DNA of 64,000 bases from an uncultured Acidobacteriota bacterium (GCA_963741955.1 CAVUKB010000005.1:1344001-1408000); one strand, 5' to 3'. Shown: positions 1-10,372, counted from the stretch's first letter. Notes: a model not told the origin generated them from the letters alone. Program-made: numbers and translations.

Positions 1-192
1 AAGAACGTGCCGGGGGAAGACGGAACCGGACGGGTGGACCTGTTCTATCTGCCGAATGGATCCGTCAGCTCCGATGGAATCAGCCCGAGCGTTCCGACGA
101 CATCCACCGTCGTCGTCCAGACGAGCGCCGAAGTTCCGAAGAAACTGTACACATTCAACATTTCGCTTGCAGGGAACCTGAAAGTTCAGTGA
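1..192 (+). CDS. 3' end of a gene truncated by the window edge; probable FimU/GspH-like minor pilin
   Basis: Open frame runs to TGA at 190-192, immediately upstream of the PilV/W/X-like genes. The tail (LFYLPNGSV...YTFNISLAGNLKVQ) resembles GspH/FimT C-termini. Identity rests mainly on position. Confidence 0.5.
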   Translation, partial: KNVPGEDGTGRVDLFYLPNGSVSSDGISPSVPTTSTVVVQTSAEVPKKLYTFNISLAGNLKVQ

Positions 193-220
193 TGAAAGCG
201 TGAGAACGGAAGGGGCGGCA

Positions 221-793
221 ATGCAACCGAATCGGCAACGGAATCAGCGCGGGTACAACCTCGTCGAAGTGCTCATCGCGATGGGACTCCTCGCGAGCGT
301 CCTGCTCTCGATCGTGACCCTGTTTTTCTTCGGTCGGAAGAACGTCTACAGCGGGAAGCAAATGACGGAAGCGGTGGCAGTCGGAAATCACGTCATGGAA
401 GACTTCGCGAACATGACGATGGCGCAGGTCTACTCGAATTTCGCGGTGACCGGGACCCCGGCTACCGCGAACTACACGCTCTTCGGGACCACCTACAACA
501 ACGCGCTGATCCGTTCGACCGATCCGAATGTCGTTTCCGGCGGGCTGAACATCTCGGCGGAAGGATCTTCGGCTCTCCTCACGACGTGGAAGAACGAGAT
601 CCAGAAGAAATTCCAGGCCGGGGCGGTCACCATCATCATGGTCCCGACCCTCCCTGCGTCACCCGTTCTCAAATCGGGCACGAACAACCCCGCAGCCAAA
701 ATTCTGCAGGTCCACGCCATCGTGAGCTGGATCGAAGAGGGGCGGCAGCGACACATCGTGCTCGACACAGTCAAAATCCGCCGCGGAGCATGA
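221..793 (+). CDS. Type IV minor pilin, PilV-like
   Basis: Class III signal QRG|YNLVEVLIAMGLL with E+5 and a hydrophobic helix. ATG 221 follows AAGGGG; GTG 200 is an alternative start. Confidence 0.8.
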   Translation: MQPNRQRNQRGYNLVEVLIAMGLLASVLLSIVTLFFFGRKNVYSGKQMTEAVAVGNHVMEDFANMTMAQVYSNFAVTGTPATANYTLFGTTYNNALIRSTDPNVVSGGLNISAEGSSALLTTWKNEIQKKFQAGAVTIIMVPTLPASPVLKSGTNNPAAKILQVHAIVSWIEEGRQRHIVLDTVKIRRGA

Positions 794-794
794 G

Positions 795-3700
795 ATGACG
801 AATCGAAGAAGGCGTCACCAGTCAGAGCTCGGATTCACCCTTGCAGAGATCATCGTCGCGGTCGCGATCTTCGCGGTCATCTTCATCGCCGCGCTCGCGA
901 TCTACGACCAGAGCAACAAGGTCTTCAAGACCGGCGTCGAGAACTCGGAGATGCAGCAGACCACCCGGGTCGCGTTCGACAAGCTGGTCTCCGACATCCG
1001 GATGGCGGGGTTCGACTTCGACCGCGACGGAATTCCCAGTGGCTCCACGACGAACGCCTCGACCGGGGCGACGATCAACCAGTACCAGCAGCCGGACGAA
1101 CAGATCGAGTACGTCGGAGCGAGCGCGATCACCATCCGCGGGAACTTCGACTTCGAGACCGATGCGGCACACGAGAACGGGCGGGAGAGCGGTGACGGCA
1201 CGGCTGCCCATCCCGATTACGAGTCCAGCCAATTCCCGGTCGTGACGACGGAGAACGACGAGATCGTCACCTACGTGCTGGAGTCGGCCGACAGCGCGAA
1301 AAATACGCAGAGCGTCACGTTCTATGCAGATACGGATGTTCCTCGAGATGTCTATCCAGGAACGGGAGGGAAGTCCGAAAACCTGGTCACGATCTCGGGC
1401 GTCGATCTGACGAACAACAATCCCCCGTACACACTCGTTCGGGTCACGCTCGACAACAACAAGGCAGTGGTCCGGACGCCTCTGGCGAACAACATCCGCA
1501 GCATGACGTTCCAGTATTACGAAGATTACTCCGGCATCAAGCCCCTCACGAACCTCAACGGGACTGAAATCACTCAGGCAAACCTCGCCTCGACCGTCGG
1601 CGGTCTCGGACAGTACAACCCGAACGATCCTGCCAGTTCCGCAGTTCCGAGAGGAATCCGCGGGAAAGTGCAGTCGGTCCGTCTGACGCTGATCGGGATG
1701 AGTGAGGCTCCCGATCTGAGCTACACCAACCCCGACGAGCCTCTCAGTACCAATGTGAAGCTCGCCGACGGCAGCATGGCCAATATCAGGAATTTCCGGC
1801 AGTACCGCCTGGAAAGCCTCATCACTCCGCGAAACTTCGCGAAACGTGGAATCCGCGAGCAGGAAGACCGTCCTCCGGGCCAACCGACTCTCAAGAGCGT
1901 CTGCTGGGGCTGGTGCGGCACGGCGTACGTGACGTGGGAGGCGCCGCTGCCTGACGCCTCCACCGGCAGCGTCGAGACTTACGCGGTCCTCTATTGCGAC
2001 GCGAGCGCCGGCGCGTGCACTCCGACAATCCCGTTCCAGGCGGGTCTGGCGACCAGCACCTTCGTCGGCGGACTGAATCCGAATCACAGTTACACGTTCA
2101 CGGTCGAAGCGATCAACAGCTTCGGCGCGGCCACGGCGAGCACCACATATACCGCTTCGATGGCGAACCTCGCGCAGCCTCAAGCGCCGCAAAATGTGGT
2201 GGCGACGGGAGGACCCTCTCCGGCGCCGCCTGCGCAGCCGAACGCCATCGCACTCACCTGGACCCGTCCGCTTTCAGCGAGCGGCAGTCTCAGCTGCAGT
2301 GCCGGAACGGCCCCGACCGGAAATACAGCCATGCCGATCGAGGAGATCCGAGGATGGAAGATCGACCGGCGGATCGTCGGAACCGATCCCGCAACCGGAA
2401 ATCCCTATCCATTCGTTCCCTGGGTCGACTACGACGCGACCGATCCGCGCGCGCCGGTCATCGATCCCCTGACGAACACCGTGACGTGGGTCGACGCCAA
2501 CAGTCTCACCGACAAGACGCACTACGTGGTGAATTGCGTCGATTACGAGTACCGGATACGAGAAGTCGAAGGCGGCAATCCGCCCTGTAACCCCGGATCG
2601 GCAACGAGTGGCATCAGTGGTTATTCGACCATCGTCCGCGGGCGTGCCGAGTCGGACGTGAAACCCGCCGCACCGACGGCACTCAACATCGACTCGGCGC
2701 AGTCCAGTTGCACGAACGGCGGCAACTGTTCGGTCGCTCTGACCTGGCCCGCCGTCCGGACCGACGTGAACAACACACCGATCATGGCTCTGAGCTACCA
2801 CCTCCACATCTACCAGAAGCTCGAGTCCGATCCGACCTTCCCGATGACCGAGATGGCCGGGGCTCCGCTGCTCGTCGACGTCATCAGTCCCGTCGCGGGC
2901 GTCGACGCGACGTTCGATGAAACGACCGGCATGGTCACGGCGACGATCGATCAGAAGAAGACATCCGGATTCCTCCCCGAAAAGGATCCGTCGAGCGGAC
3001 AGGATTACCAGTACAGGTTCGTCGTGACCGCCGTCCAGTGCGGCTCGCCCGACAGCGACCCGAGCCCCGAGCAGATTTACCCCTGCGACATGGGCGGGGT
3101 GACGTTCTCGACGTCGATGTCGGTCCTGGTGGAAGGCACCGGAACCATCGCATCACCCTGGGTCACTTCTGCTCCGGCAAACGTCGATGTCGCGGTGAAG
3201 GACTCCGCCGGCGCACCGGCCACGGTCGACGAGATCTCGGCGAAGGCGCTGATCGGGAACGACACCGTAGATCTCGGCACTCAGGGCGGTCCGATCAGCA
3301 CCGCGTCGTTCGGATGGCCGTCAGGAATGACCGACGGGGTCGTGTATACACTCCAGGTCACCATCAAGAAGGGGCTCTGCACGAACACCCAGAGCTACTA
3401 CGTGATGGAGACGGCGAACAACTGCTGTCTCACGCCGCGTGCGACGAGAGATGGAACGCTGATCGATCCGAGCGTGATGACGTTCGACGGCCCCAGCCAG
3501 CTGGTGAAGGTCAGGCTCATCAACACTTGTGATCAGGACCTGACGATCACCAGCATCGAGATCAAATGGGACAACGCCTTCCTCAACGGGAAGGGATCGA
3601 AGAAACTCGACCACGTGACCTACCCGCCGGTGAGCGGCACGACCCGGGCCGTAGACACCATCGGCACGACCGGCACTCCAGTGACCACACAACCGTCGAG

Positions 3701-3887
3701 TGCTTCGCCAGCGGCGAGCGCGATCATTCCGGCGGGATCCTCGTCGTACTACATCGAGATTTATTTCTCGCAACCGTTCTCCGGTTCGCCGGTGACTCAG
3801 GTCTGCGTCCAGTACACAACCGCGACGGGGAACGATACCTGCCAGATCGTGCCGTCACCTTCGTTGAACGACAGCACGTGCGACTAG
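795..3887 (+). CDS. Giant PilW-like minor pilin with fibronectin type III/Ig-like C-terminal domains
   Basis: ELG|FTLAEIIVAVAIF, then PilW-like MQQTTRVAFDKLVSDIRMAGF. After about aa 360, FN3-like segments (VTWEAP...GLNPNHSYTFTVEAINSFG; PQAPQNV...LTWTRP; PAAPTAL...LTWPAV). Cys-rich. Confidence 0.8.
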   Translation: MTNRRRRHQSELGFTLAEIIVAVAIFAVIFIAALAIYDQSNKVFKTGVENSEMQQTTRVAFDKLVSDIRMAGFDFDRDGIPSGSTTNASTGATINQYQQPDEQIEYVGASAITIRGNFDFETDAAHENGRESGDGTAAHPDYESSQFPVVTTENDEIVTYVLESADSAKNTQSVTFYADTDVPRDVYPGTGGKSENLVTISGVDLTNNNPPYTLVRVTLDNNKAVVRTPLANNIRSMTFQYYEDYSGIKPLTNLNGTEITQANLASTVGGLGQYNPNDPASSAVPRGIRGKVQSVRLTLIGMSEAPDLSYTNPDEPLSTNVKLADGSMANIRNFRQYRLESLITPRNFAKRGIREQEDRPPGQPTLKSVCWGWCGTAYVTWEAPLPDASTGSVETYAVLYCDASAGACTPTIPFQAGLATSTFVGGLNPNHSYTFTVEAINSFGAATASTTYTASMANLAQPQAPQNVVATGGPSPAPPAQPNAIALTWTRPLSASGSLSCSAGTAPTGNTAMPIEEIRGWKIDRRIVGTDPATGNPYPFVPWVDYDATDPRAPVIDPLTNTVTWVDANSLTDKTHYVVNCVDYEYRIREVEGGNPPCNPGSATSGISGYSTIVRGRAESDVKPAAPTALNIDSAQSSCTNGGNCSVALTWPAVRTDVNNTPIMALSYHLHIYQKLESDPTFPMTEMAGAPLLVDVISPVAGVDATFDETTGMVTATIDQKKTSGFLPEKDPSSGQDYQYRFVVTAVQCGSPDSDPSPEQIYPCDMGGVTFSTSMSVLVEGTGTIASPWVTSAPANVDVAVKDSAGAPATVDEISAKALIGNDTVDLGTQGGPISTASFGWPSGMTDGVVYTLQVTIKKGLCTNTQSYYVMETANNCCLTPRATRDGTLIDPSVMTFDGPSQLVKVRLINTCDQDLTITSIEIKWDNAFLNGKGSKKLDHVTYPPVSGTTRAVDTIGTTGTPVTTQPSSASPAASAIIPAGSSSYYIEIYFSQPFSGSPVTQVCVQYTTATGNDTCQIVPSPSLNDSTCD

Positions 3888-3900
3888 TAAGGAGCCGTCC

Positions 3901-6465
3901 ATGCGAATGAAGAAATTCGGAAACCGGATCGCACGCGAGCTCGAACAGCGCGGCTCGGCCCTTCTCGTGAGTCTGATGGTCATGGTCGGCCTCTCGCTCC
4001 TTGGGCTCGGCTTTGTCGCTCTTTCGGAGACGGAGAGCACCATCTCGCTGAATCAGCGAAATTACGTTCAGACGCTCCAGGTGGCCGAGGCCGGAGCGAG
4101 AGCGGTCGTGGAGTGGTTTCAGGATCCGGAGTGGAACACCACCGTCGGACTGATGCCCGCGGTGAGCTCCCGGACGGCGTTCCTTCCCAACCGGGTGCTC
4201 GTCTCACCTTCCTACACCGGCCGGTACCAGGAGCCGAATTCGAGCAACAGTTACACTTACTTCTGTTGTGACCGCCCTTTCAAGTCGGCGTTCGACACCC
4301 GGCTGTTCGGAACCGAGGATCATCCCGACATCTGGATTCGCGCGGTCAACGATGACGGGACCGTGAACACCGCCGGGGACGACTTTCTCAACGGGACGAC
4401 CGGGACGGGAGGTTTCAACCACGTTCTCTTCCCGAATTCGGACGTCCGGATCTCGGAGATCCGGGTGTATGCACCTCCGATCGTCGGCGGCACCGTCAAC
4501 GTCAACGGCTACTACGAACAGGGCGTCGGAGCCCGATACGGGCTCGGCACGATCCGCGTCACCGCAATCAAGAGACGCGACCCGAGCCCGGCGGAACGGA
4601 ACAGCGCCACGAACCCGATCGTCGCCACACGGACGGTGAAGGCCGTTATCTCCGAGTGGCCATTCCCGGGCCCGCAGGGCCCCGTGCAGTCGAATGCGAA
4701 CATCAACACGGGTGGTGCCGTTGCGGTCCACTGGGGGAAGGAAACTTCGCAGAAGAGCATGGAAGTGAAGCGCCCGCTGGTGGGGCTGCCCTGGTTCGAT
4801 CCGGTCCATCGCGGACAGTTCGAGTACGGATACACGTCCGCCAGTCAATGGACCGCGAACCACGAATACGGAGTCGGACAATGCGTTTATCCAACCGGCG
4901 GAGGAAACCTCGATTTCTGCGCCACGGCCGTCACCGGCGGACACGGTCTCAGCGGCGCGGCTGAGCCGGCGTGGGCAGCGGGGGCCGTGCCCGACAGCGC
5001 CGTGACGTGGGCGTCTGTACCGCGTCTGCCGGTCCACACCACTCTCAACTCCGATTTCGCGACCAACACCGAACACCTCTCCGACCTGATCTCGATCGAC
5101 AAGGACGCGAACGTGGTCGGTCCCGATTACAGCGATCCATGGTTCGAGGCACGTGCGCGCGGCGACATGCAGCAGAAGCTGATCGCCGGCAACCCGAGTC
5201 CCGAGCCGTTCCGATATACGAGCGCGGGGCAGGATCCGGTTGCCACTCCGACCGCCGGATATTCGAACTGGTTCCAGTACCAGGACGTCAACGACCTCCC
5301 GAATCTCAAGCAGGAGGTCATCTTTCCGCACATGGACTACCGCTTCTGGAAGGATACCGCCGTCGCAGGGCAGGGACAGGATGGGGTGTACTTCCTTCAG
5401 TGGGTCTCGGCCGACCAGTTCCGCGACAGCTCCGGGACCACCAAGACCTTTAAGGACTGGACCGATATCACCCAGGGAGCAAAAGAAGGATTCTATTTCT
5501 TCGACGCGAAGAACGGGCAGAATCCCCAGATCGCCGGGGGGGCCACCTATCTCACGCCGGACATCCAGATCTCCGGCAAGGGAGGCGGTGACTGGGAGAT
5601 GTCCGGCTTCATCTATCTGAACGCGGCGAGCTTCGGAACGACCGGTATTCACGGACCGGACGGATACTTCAACTTCCCCGGAGAGCCCTACTCGGACATC
5701 GGATACCCGCAGGTCGACACGTCGGCTGCGGGAGGTCCCTGGATTCCCGCCACGGCGGGTGGCTCCGACTGGATACTCCAACCGAACACCGCCGGGAACA
5801 AACGGTGGGATTGCCAGGTCGAAGTGGGCGGCGACCCCACCCGATGCGACATCCATCTGAGCCTTCGCTGGCTGCAAAATCACTCCACGAACGCCTGGTA
5901 TCAGGCCTGGATTCCGGATCCGTACATTCCGGGATGTAAGGTCGGCACCAATGCCGATCCCACCGCGACCTGCTCCGACCCTCACGAGCCGTACCTGAAC
6001 CTGATTTATCCGCAGCACGCCTGCTGTCAGGGCGCGGCGTTCGACCCGTATCCGGTGCTCGTTGGATGGGAAGACCCCACCGCCACGGCCGCAAAACCGA
6101 TCACCCGTCGTCCCAAGGAGAAACTCAGTAGCGGCGCGCTTCCGACCGTCAGCGGAACCGGGATCTGCACGGACTCCTCGCAATTCGATTCCTGTACGTC
6201 CAACGGTTACGACCGTGACGGGTACCTCGACTTCTGGACCGGCAGCAAACAGCCGCCCATCCTGAACGGCGTCTTCTACAACGAGGGGACGATGTCCTCT
6301 CAAGGCAACGCCACCTACTTCGGATCGGTCCTCATCAACGGAGACATCGCCAACACCGGTACGCCCGAGGTCTGGTTCGACGAACGGCTGATCAAGAACG
6401 ACTGGCCGCCGAAGGAATGGCCGTTCCCGCGCGTGATCATTACCGCCATTCAGACCGACGAATAA
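3901..6465 (+). CDS. Giant PilX-like minor pilin
   Basis: QRG|SALLVSLMVMVGLSLLGLGFVALSETE...TLQVAEAG is a typical PilX N-terminus without E+5. C-terminus has beta-helix-like repeats (LNGVFYNEGTMSSQGNATYFGSVLING). Confidence 0.8.
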   Translation: MRMKKFGNRIARELEQRGSALLVSLMVMVGLSLLGLGFVALSETESTISLNQRNYVQTLQVAEAGARAVVEWFQDPEWNTTVGLMPAVSSRTAFLPNRVLVSPSYTGRYQEPNSSNSYTYFCCDRPFKSAFDTRLFGTEDHPDIWIRAVNDDGTVNTAGDDFLNGTTGTGGFNHVLFPNSDVRISEIRVYAPPIVGGTVNVNGYYEQGVGARYGLGTIRVTAIKRRDPSPAERNSATNPIVATRTVKAVISEWPFPGPQGPVQSNANINTGGAVAVHWGKETSQKSMEVKRPLVGLPWFDPVHRGQFEYGYTSASQWTANHEYGVGQCVYPTGGGNLDFCATAVTGGHGLSGAAEPAWAAGAVPDSAVTWASVPRLPVHTTLNSDFATNTEHLSDLISIDKDANVVGPDYSDPWFEARARGDMQQKLIAGNPSPEPFRYTSAGQDPVATPTAGYSNWFQYQDVNDLPNLKQEVIFPHMDYRFWKDTAVAGQGQDGVYFLQWVSADQFRDSSGTTKTFKDWTDITQGAKEGFYFFDAKNGQNPQIAGGATYLTPDIQISGKGGGDWEMSGFIYLNAASFGTTGIHGPDGYFNFPGEPYSDIGYPQVDTSAAGGPWIPATAGGSDWILQPNTAGNKRWDCQVEVGGDPTRCDIHLSLRWLQNHSTNAWYQAWIPDPYIPGCKVGTNADPTATCSDPHEPYLNLIYPQHACCQGAAFDPYPVLVGWEDPTATAAKPITRRPKEKLSSGALPTVSGTGICTDSSQFDSCTSNGYDRDGYLDFWTGSKQPPILNGVFYNEGTMSSQGNATYFGSVLINGDIANTGTPEVWFDERLIKNDWPPKEWPFPRVIITAIQTDE

Positions 6466-6478
6466 CCGTCCTACCCTG

Positions 6479-6506
6479 CGGGCGGGCCCTCGGGCTCGCC
6501 CGTTTT
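6479..6506 (+). terminator. Intrinsic terminator after the minor-pilin operon
   Basis: CGGGCGGGCC-CTCG-GGCTCGCCCG hairpin (10 bp, one G-U pair) followed by TTTT. Confidence 0.7.
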
Positions 6507-6552
6507 CCCTTCCCTCCGGCCGGAATTCCGGCGATCCACTCGAATGGTCCGA

Positions 6553-6581
6553 TTGCGCAGGGCTCCCCTTCGCTAAATAAT
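6553..6581 (+). promoter_or_regulatory. Putative sigma70 promoter of the T2SS-like operon
   Basis: TTGCGC-17 bp-AATAAT; same -35 as the rpmB promoter in this window. Confidence 0.35.
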
Positions 6582-6636
6582 CCTCCCTCCCGGAACGTTA
6601 CCTTCGTTCGTCCGTCGAAATGGACGGGGGCGGTTT

Positions 6637-7842
6637 ATGGCAACATTCGTTTTCAAAGTCGGAACTCCCGACGGGCAGATCATCGAGCGCGAAGTGCACG
6701 CAGCGAGTGCCGAGAGCGCCCGGGAAGAGCTGCGCCGGCAGGGAATGCATGTCTTCGACGCCCGAAAACGAGCCTTCACGTGGGATTTCCTCAAAAAAGC
6801 GGGCCGCCTGGTCACCACGGAACGATTTCTCCTCTTCAACCAGGAGCTCCTGGCCCTGATCCGGGCCGGCCTCCCCATCATCCAGTCGTTCGACATCATG
6901 CTCGAGCGGCAGAAGTCGCACCGGTTCCGGGAGGTGCTGGCCGAGATCCGGGAGAAAATCCGTTCGGGCGTCGCGCTCTCCGATGCGTTCGCGGACTACG
7001 GTCGCGCGTTCCCCCCCATCTACTCGAACTCCCTCCGGGCCGGGGAGCGTTCCGGAGACATGGAAGGAGTGATCCGCCGCTTTCTTCGCTACCAGAAGCT
7101 GATGGTGACGCTGCGGAAACGCATCGTGGGCGCGCTGGTTTATCCGGCTGTGCTCCTGGTCATCTCCACCGTGATGATCTTCGTGATGTTGACGTACGTC
7201 ATCCCGAAATTCGCGGAGTTCTACCAGGGGTTCGGTGCCGAGCTGCCGGTTTTCACCCGGGTGGTCATCGACTTCTCACAGCTCGTCCGCCAGCAGTTCC
7301 TCCTGGTCGCTGCGATCGTGGCACTGGCCATCTATCTGATCTCACGCTGGTCCAAATCCGATCGTGGAGGGATCATTCTCGACCAGATCAAGCTCCGCCT
7401 CCCGTTGATCGGCGGGATCCTCCATCGCTTTTCGATGATGCAGTTCAGCCAGGCGCTCGGAACCCTGCTTGGAGGGGGTACTCCGATGGTTCCGGCCATC
7501 GAGATCGCCGCCCAGTCCATCAATAACCGCCTTGTCTCGACGAAGATCGGAGACATTGCCCAGCGCGTCCGTGAAGGCGAGCCGCTCTGGCTCTCTCTCG
7601 AGCAGACCGGAGTGATGAGCGATCTGATCATCGAGATGATCAAAGTCGGCGAATCGACGGGGTCGCTGGTTGAAATGCTGACCAACGTCAGCGAGTTCTA
7701 CGATGAGGAAATCGAGGCTCACTTGAACCGGCTGATCGCGGCGATCGAGCCGATCATCCTGGTGGTTCTCGGCGTCGTCATCGCCGGGCTTCTCTACGCC
7801 TTTTATCTCCCGCTCTTCCAGCTGTCGAGGGTTGCACAGTAA
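6637..7842 (+). CDS. Type II secretion/type IV pilus platform protein, GspF/PilC family
   Basis: FNQELLALIRAGLPI, AGERSG, ALVYP, VGESTGSL, IEPI motifs; duplicated GspF domains and TM segments. ATG 6637 follows GGGGG. Confidence 0.95.
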   Translation: MATFVFKVGTPDGQIIEREVHAASAESAREELRRQGMHVFDARKRAFTWDFLKKAGRLVTTERFLLFNQELLALIRAGLPIIQSFDIMLERQKSHRFREVLAEIREKIRSGVALSDAFADYGRAFPPIYSNSLRAGERSGDMEGVIRRFLRYQKLMVTLRKRIVGALVYPAVLLVISTVMIFVMLTYVIPKFAEFYQGFGAELPVFTRVVIDFSQLVRQQFLLVAAIVALAIYLISRWSKSDRGGIILDQIKLRLPLIGGILHRFSMMQFSQALGTLLGGGTPMVPAIEIAAQSINNRLVSTKIGDIAQRVREGEPLWLSLEQTGVMSDLIIEMIKVGESTGSLVEMLTNVSEFYDEEIEAHLNRLIAAIEPIILVVLGVVIAGLLYAFYLPLFQLSRVAQ

Positions 7843-9467
7843 TGGCCGATCCGAAAGACATTCTCTACCGCCAGGCGCAGACCGATCTCGCGAACGAGAC
7901 CGAACGTTCCCGGCGCGTCGCTGATCAGTACGGATTCGAGTTCGTCGATCTGGAGCATCTCCCGATCGACCATTCTCTCTTCCGGGAGATTCCGCTCGAC
8001 CTGATGGTCCGCTATCAGTTCATTCCCGAGAAACGGGAGGATGGACACGTTGCGGTGGTCGTCGGCGATCCGACCGACGTTCTGAAGCTCGACGAGCTCG
8101 AGCTGCTGTTCGGCGCACCGATCCGGGTGAAAGTGGCGCCGCCGAGCGCGATCCGCGAGAAGCTGCAGAAGTCCGACTCGACCCAGCGGGTGGTCGACGA
8201 AGCGACTGCAGGCTTCCGGCTCCAGATCATCGGAGAAGACGACGAGGAGTCTCAGGCTCTCACCATCGACTCGATCACCCAGCATGAGTCGTCGCCGATC
8301 ATCCGGCTGGTCGATTCGATCGTCTTCAATGCGATCCAGCAGCGCGCATCGGACATCCACATCGAGACGCGCGACACCGAAGTCGTGGTGAAGTACCGTA
8401 TCGACGGCGTGCTGTACCAGGCACTCGATCCGATCGACAAGAAACACCACTCGACGATCATTTCCAGAATCAAGGTCATGTCGGAGCTCGACATCTCCGA
8501 GAAACGTGTTCCGCAGGACGGCCGCTTCAAGCTCCGGATCAACGGACGGGCCATCGACTTCCGCGTTTCGATCGTCCCGACCGTCCACGGTGAGGACTCC
8601 GTCATTCGTATTCTCGACAAGGAGTCGATGAACAAGGAGTTCAAGGACCTCCGTCTGGACGTTCTCGGCTTCGATCCGGAAACTCTGGTGAAACTGAGGA
8701 AGTTCATCCGCGAGCCGTACGGAATGGTGCTGGTCACCGGACCGACGGGCTCCGGAAAGACCACCACGCTCTACGCGGCACTCTCTGAGATCCAGTCGTC
8801 GGAAGACAAGATCATCACCATCGAAGATCCGGTCGAGTATCAGCTTCGGGGGATCACTCAGATTCCGGTCAACGAGAAGAAGGGGCTGACATTCGCCCGC
8901 GGACTTCGGGCAATTCTCCGCCACGATCCGGACAAGGTGATGGTTGGTGAGATCCGCGACGAAGAGACGGCGCAGATTGCCGTACAGTCGGCACTGACCG
9001 GTCACCTCGTGTTCACCACCGTGCACGCGAACAACGTCGTAGACGTTCTCGGCCGCTTTCTGAACATGAAGGTCGAGCTCTACAACTTCGTCTCGGCACT
9101 CAACTGTATTCTCGCCCAGCGGCTGGTCCGGAAGATCTGTGATCACTGCCGCGAGGAGGTCCGCTACACGGCCGTGCAGCTCGAAGAATCCGGCCTCCCT
9201 GCCGATCTCGCCGAGAGGCCGTTCTTCGAGGGAACCGGCTGCATCGAATGCAACGGCACCGGCTACCACGGCCGGCTCGCGATCGCGGAGCTGCTCGACC
9301 TCTCCGACCGGATCCGGGGGATGATTCTGGACAAGCGTCCCGCCTCGGAGATCAAGAAAGCCGCCCGTGAAGAGGGAATGATCTTCCTCCGCGAAGCGGC
9401 GCTTCGTAAAGTGATGGAAGGGAGAACGACCTTGCGCGAAATCAACAAGGTCACGTTCGTGGAGTGA
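7842..9467 (+). CDS. GspE/PilB family assembly ATPase
   Basis: ASDIHIE, PQDGR, Walker A GPTGSGKTT, TIEDPVEY, LRHDPDKVMVGEIRD, TGHLVFTTVH, Zn motif CDHC...CIEC. Confidence 0.95.
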   Translation: MADPKDILYRQAQTDLANETERSRRVADQYGFEFVDLEHLPIDHSLFREIPLDLMVRYQFIPEKREDGHVAVVVGDPTDVLKLDELELLFGAPIRVKVAPPSAIREKLQKSDSTQRVVDEATAGFRLQIIGEDDEESQALTIDSITQHESSPIIRLVDSIVFNAIQQRASDIHIETRDTEVVVKYRIDGVLYQALDPIDKKHHSTIISRIKVMSELDISEKRVPQDGRFKLRINGRAIDFRVSIVPTVHGEDSVIRILDKESMNKEFKDLRLDVLGFDPETLVKLRKFIREPYGMVLVTGPTGSGKTTTLYAALSEIQSSEDKIITIEDPVEYQLRGITQIPVNEKKGLTFARGLRAILRHDPDKVMVGEIRDEETAQIAVQSALTGHLVFTTVHANNVVDVLGRFLNMKVELYNFVSALNCILAQRLVRKICDHCREEVRYTAVQLEESGLPADLAERPFFEGTGCIECNGTGYHGRLAIAELLDLSDRIRGMILDKRPASEIKKAAREEGMIFLREAALRKVMEGRTTLREINKVTFVE

Positions 9468-10372
9468 TGATGTTCTCGAGAGCTTTCCCGCCCGACGTCA
9501 TCGTGTTCGACACCGATGCGCTACTTCATGCCCGATTCGGTGGCTCGAAGCGTGGAGCGCAGCTGCTCGCGCTGAAAAAGTATTCGCTGCCGACCGGCAC
9601 GTTCGGCCGGAAAGGGATCACTCCGGAGCTCGAGAAGAGCGAGTCGCTGACCGAAGTAGTCCGGCGCATCCGGAGCGAAGCCGGGCGGCTCGATCGGGTT
9701 TCGGTTCTCCTGCCCGATTCCTGGTTCCGGATCAATATTCTCTCTCTGGCTCAGCTGCCGGAACGCCGGACCGAAGCCGAGGAGATGGTCCGGTGGACGC
9801 TCCGCCGCAGCCTTCCGGTCAATCCCGAGGAGCTGAGGCTCTCGTATGAAAAGATCAGCCGGAACGGGTCGCCGCCGCGGGTGCTCGCGGTGGCGGCGCT
9901 GGAGAAGACACTCCGGTCGATCGAAGCGGCGTTTTCGGCGGCCGGAATCTCGATCGTCCTGATCGAGCCGGTGGGGATCAATCTCTGGAACGCGATCTCG
10001 ATCCAGGAAAAACCGTCGAATCACGATCGGCTGCTGTTCTATGTTCGCCGGAACGAATTCACCATCGCCCTCTTTCACGGAGACGGTCCGGTTTTCATCC
10101 GGTCCCGCTCCATGAGTGGTGAACGGACGCTGCTCCAGGAGATTCGTCTGTCGGCCTCCTATCTGAAAGGGACCGTGCAACTCGACGTGGTCGATCGGTG
10201 TTACGCGGCCGGGAGTGAACTGACCCAGCCGGTGATCGACGTGATCAGCGACGAGTTCGGCACGACGGTGGAGACCATCTCGCTCGGAGAATTCGTCACC
10301 TGCAATCCCGCCCTCGACACGGCGCGAGTGGAGGCGGAGATCGCGGCGTGCACTGGAGTGTTCATTTCGTGA
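9464..10372 (+). CDS. PilM/GspL-like cytoplasmic alignment protein
   Basis: Lies between the ATPase and PilN-like gene; degenerate actin-like PilM pattern (VSVLLPD...EEMVRW...VLAVAA...AAGISIVLIEP). Confidence 0.65.
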   Translation: MMMFSRAFPPDVIVFDTDALLHARFGGSKRGAQLLALKKYSLPTGTFGRKGITPELEKSESLTEVVRRIRSEAGRLDRVSVLLPDSWFRINILSLAQLPERRTEAEEMVRWTLRRSLPVNPEELRLSYEKISRNGSPPRVLAVAALEKTLRSIEAAFSAAGISIVLIEPVGINLWNAISIQEKPSNHDRLLFYVRRNEFTIALFHGDGPVFIRSRSMSGERTLLQEIRLSASYLKGTVQLDVVDRCYAAGSELTQPVIDVISDEFGTTVETISLGEFVTCNPALDTARVEAEIAACTGVFIS

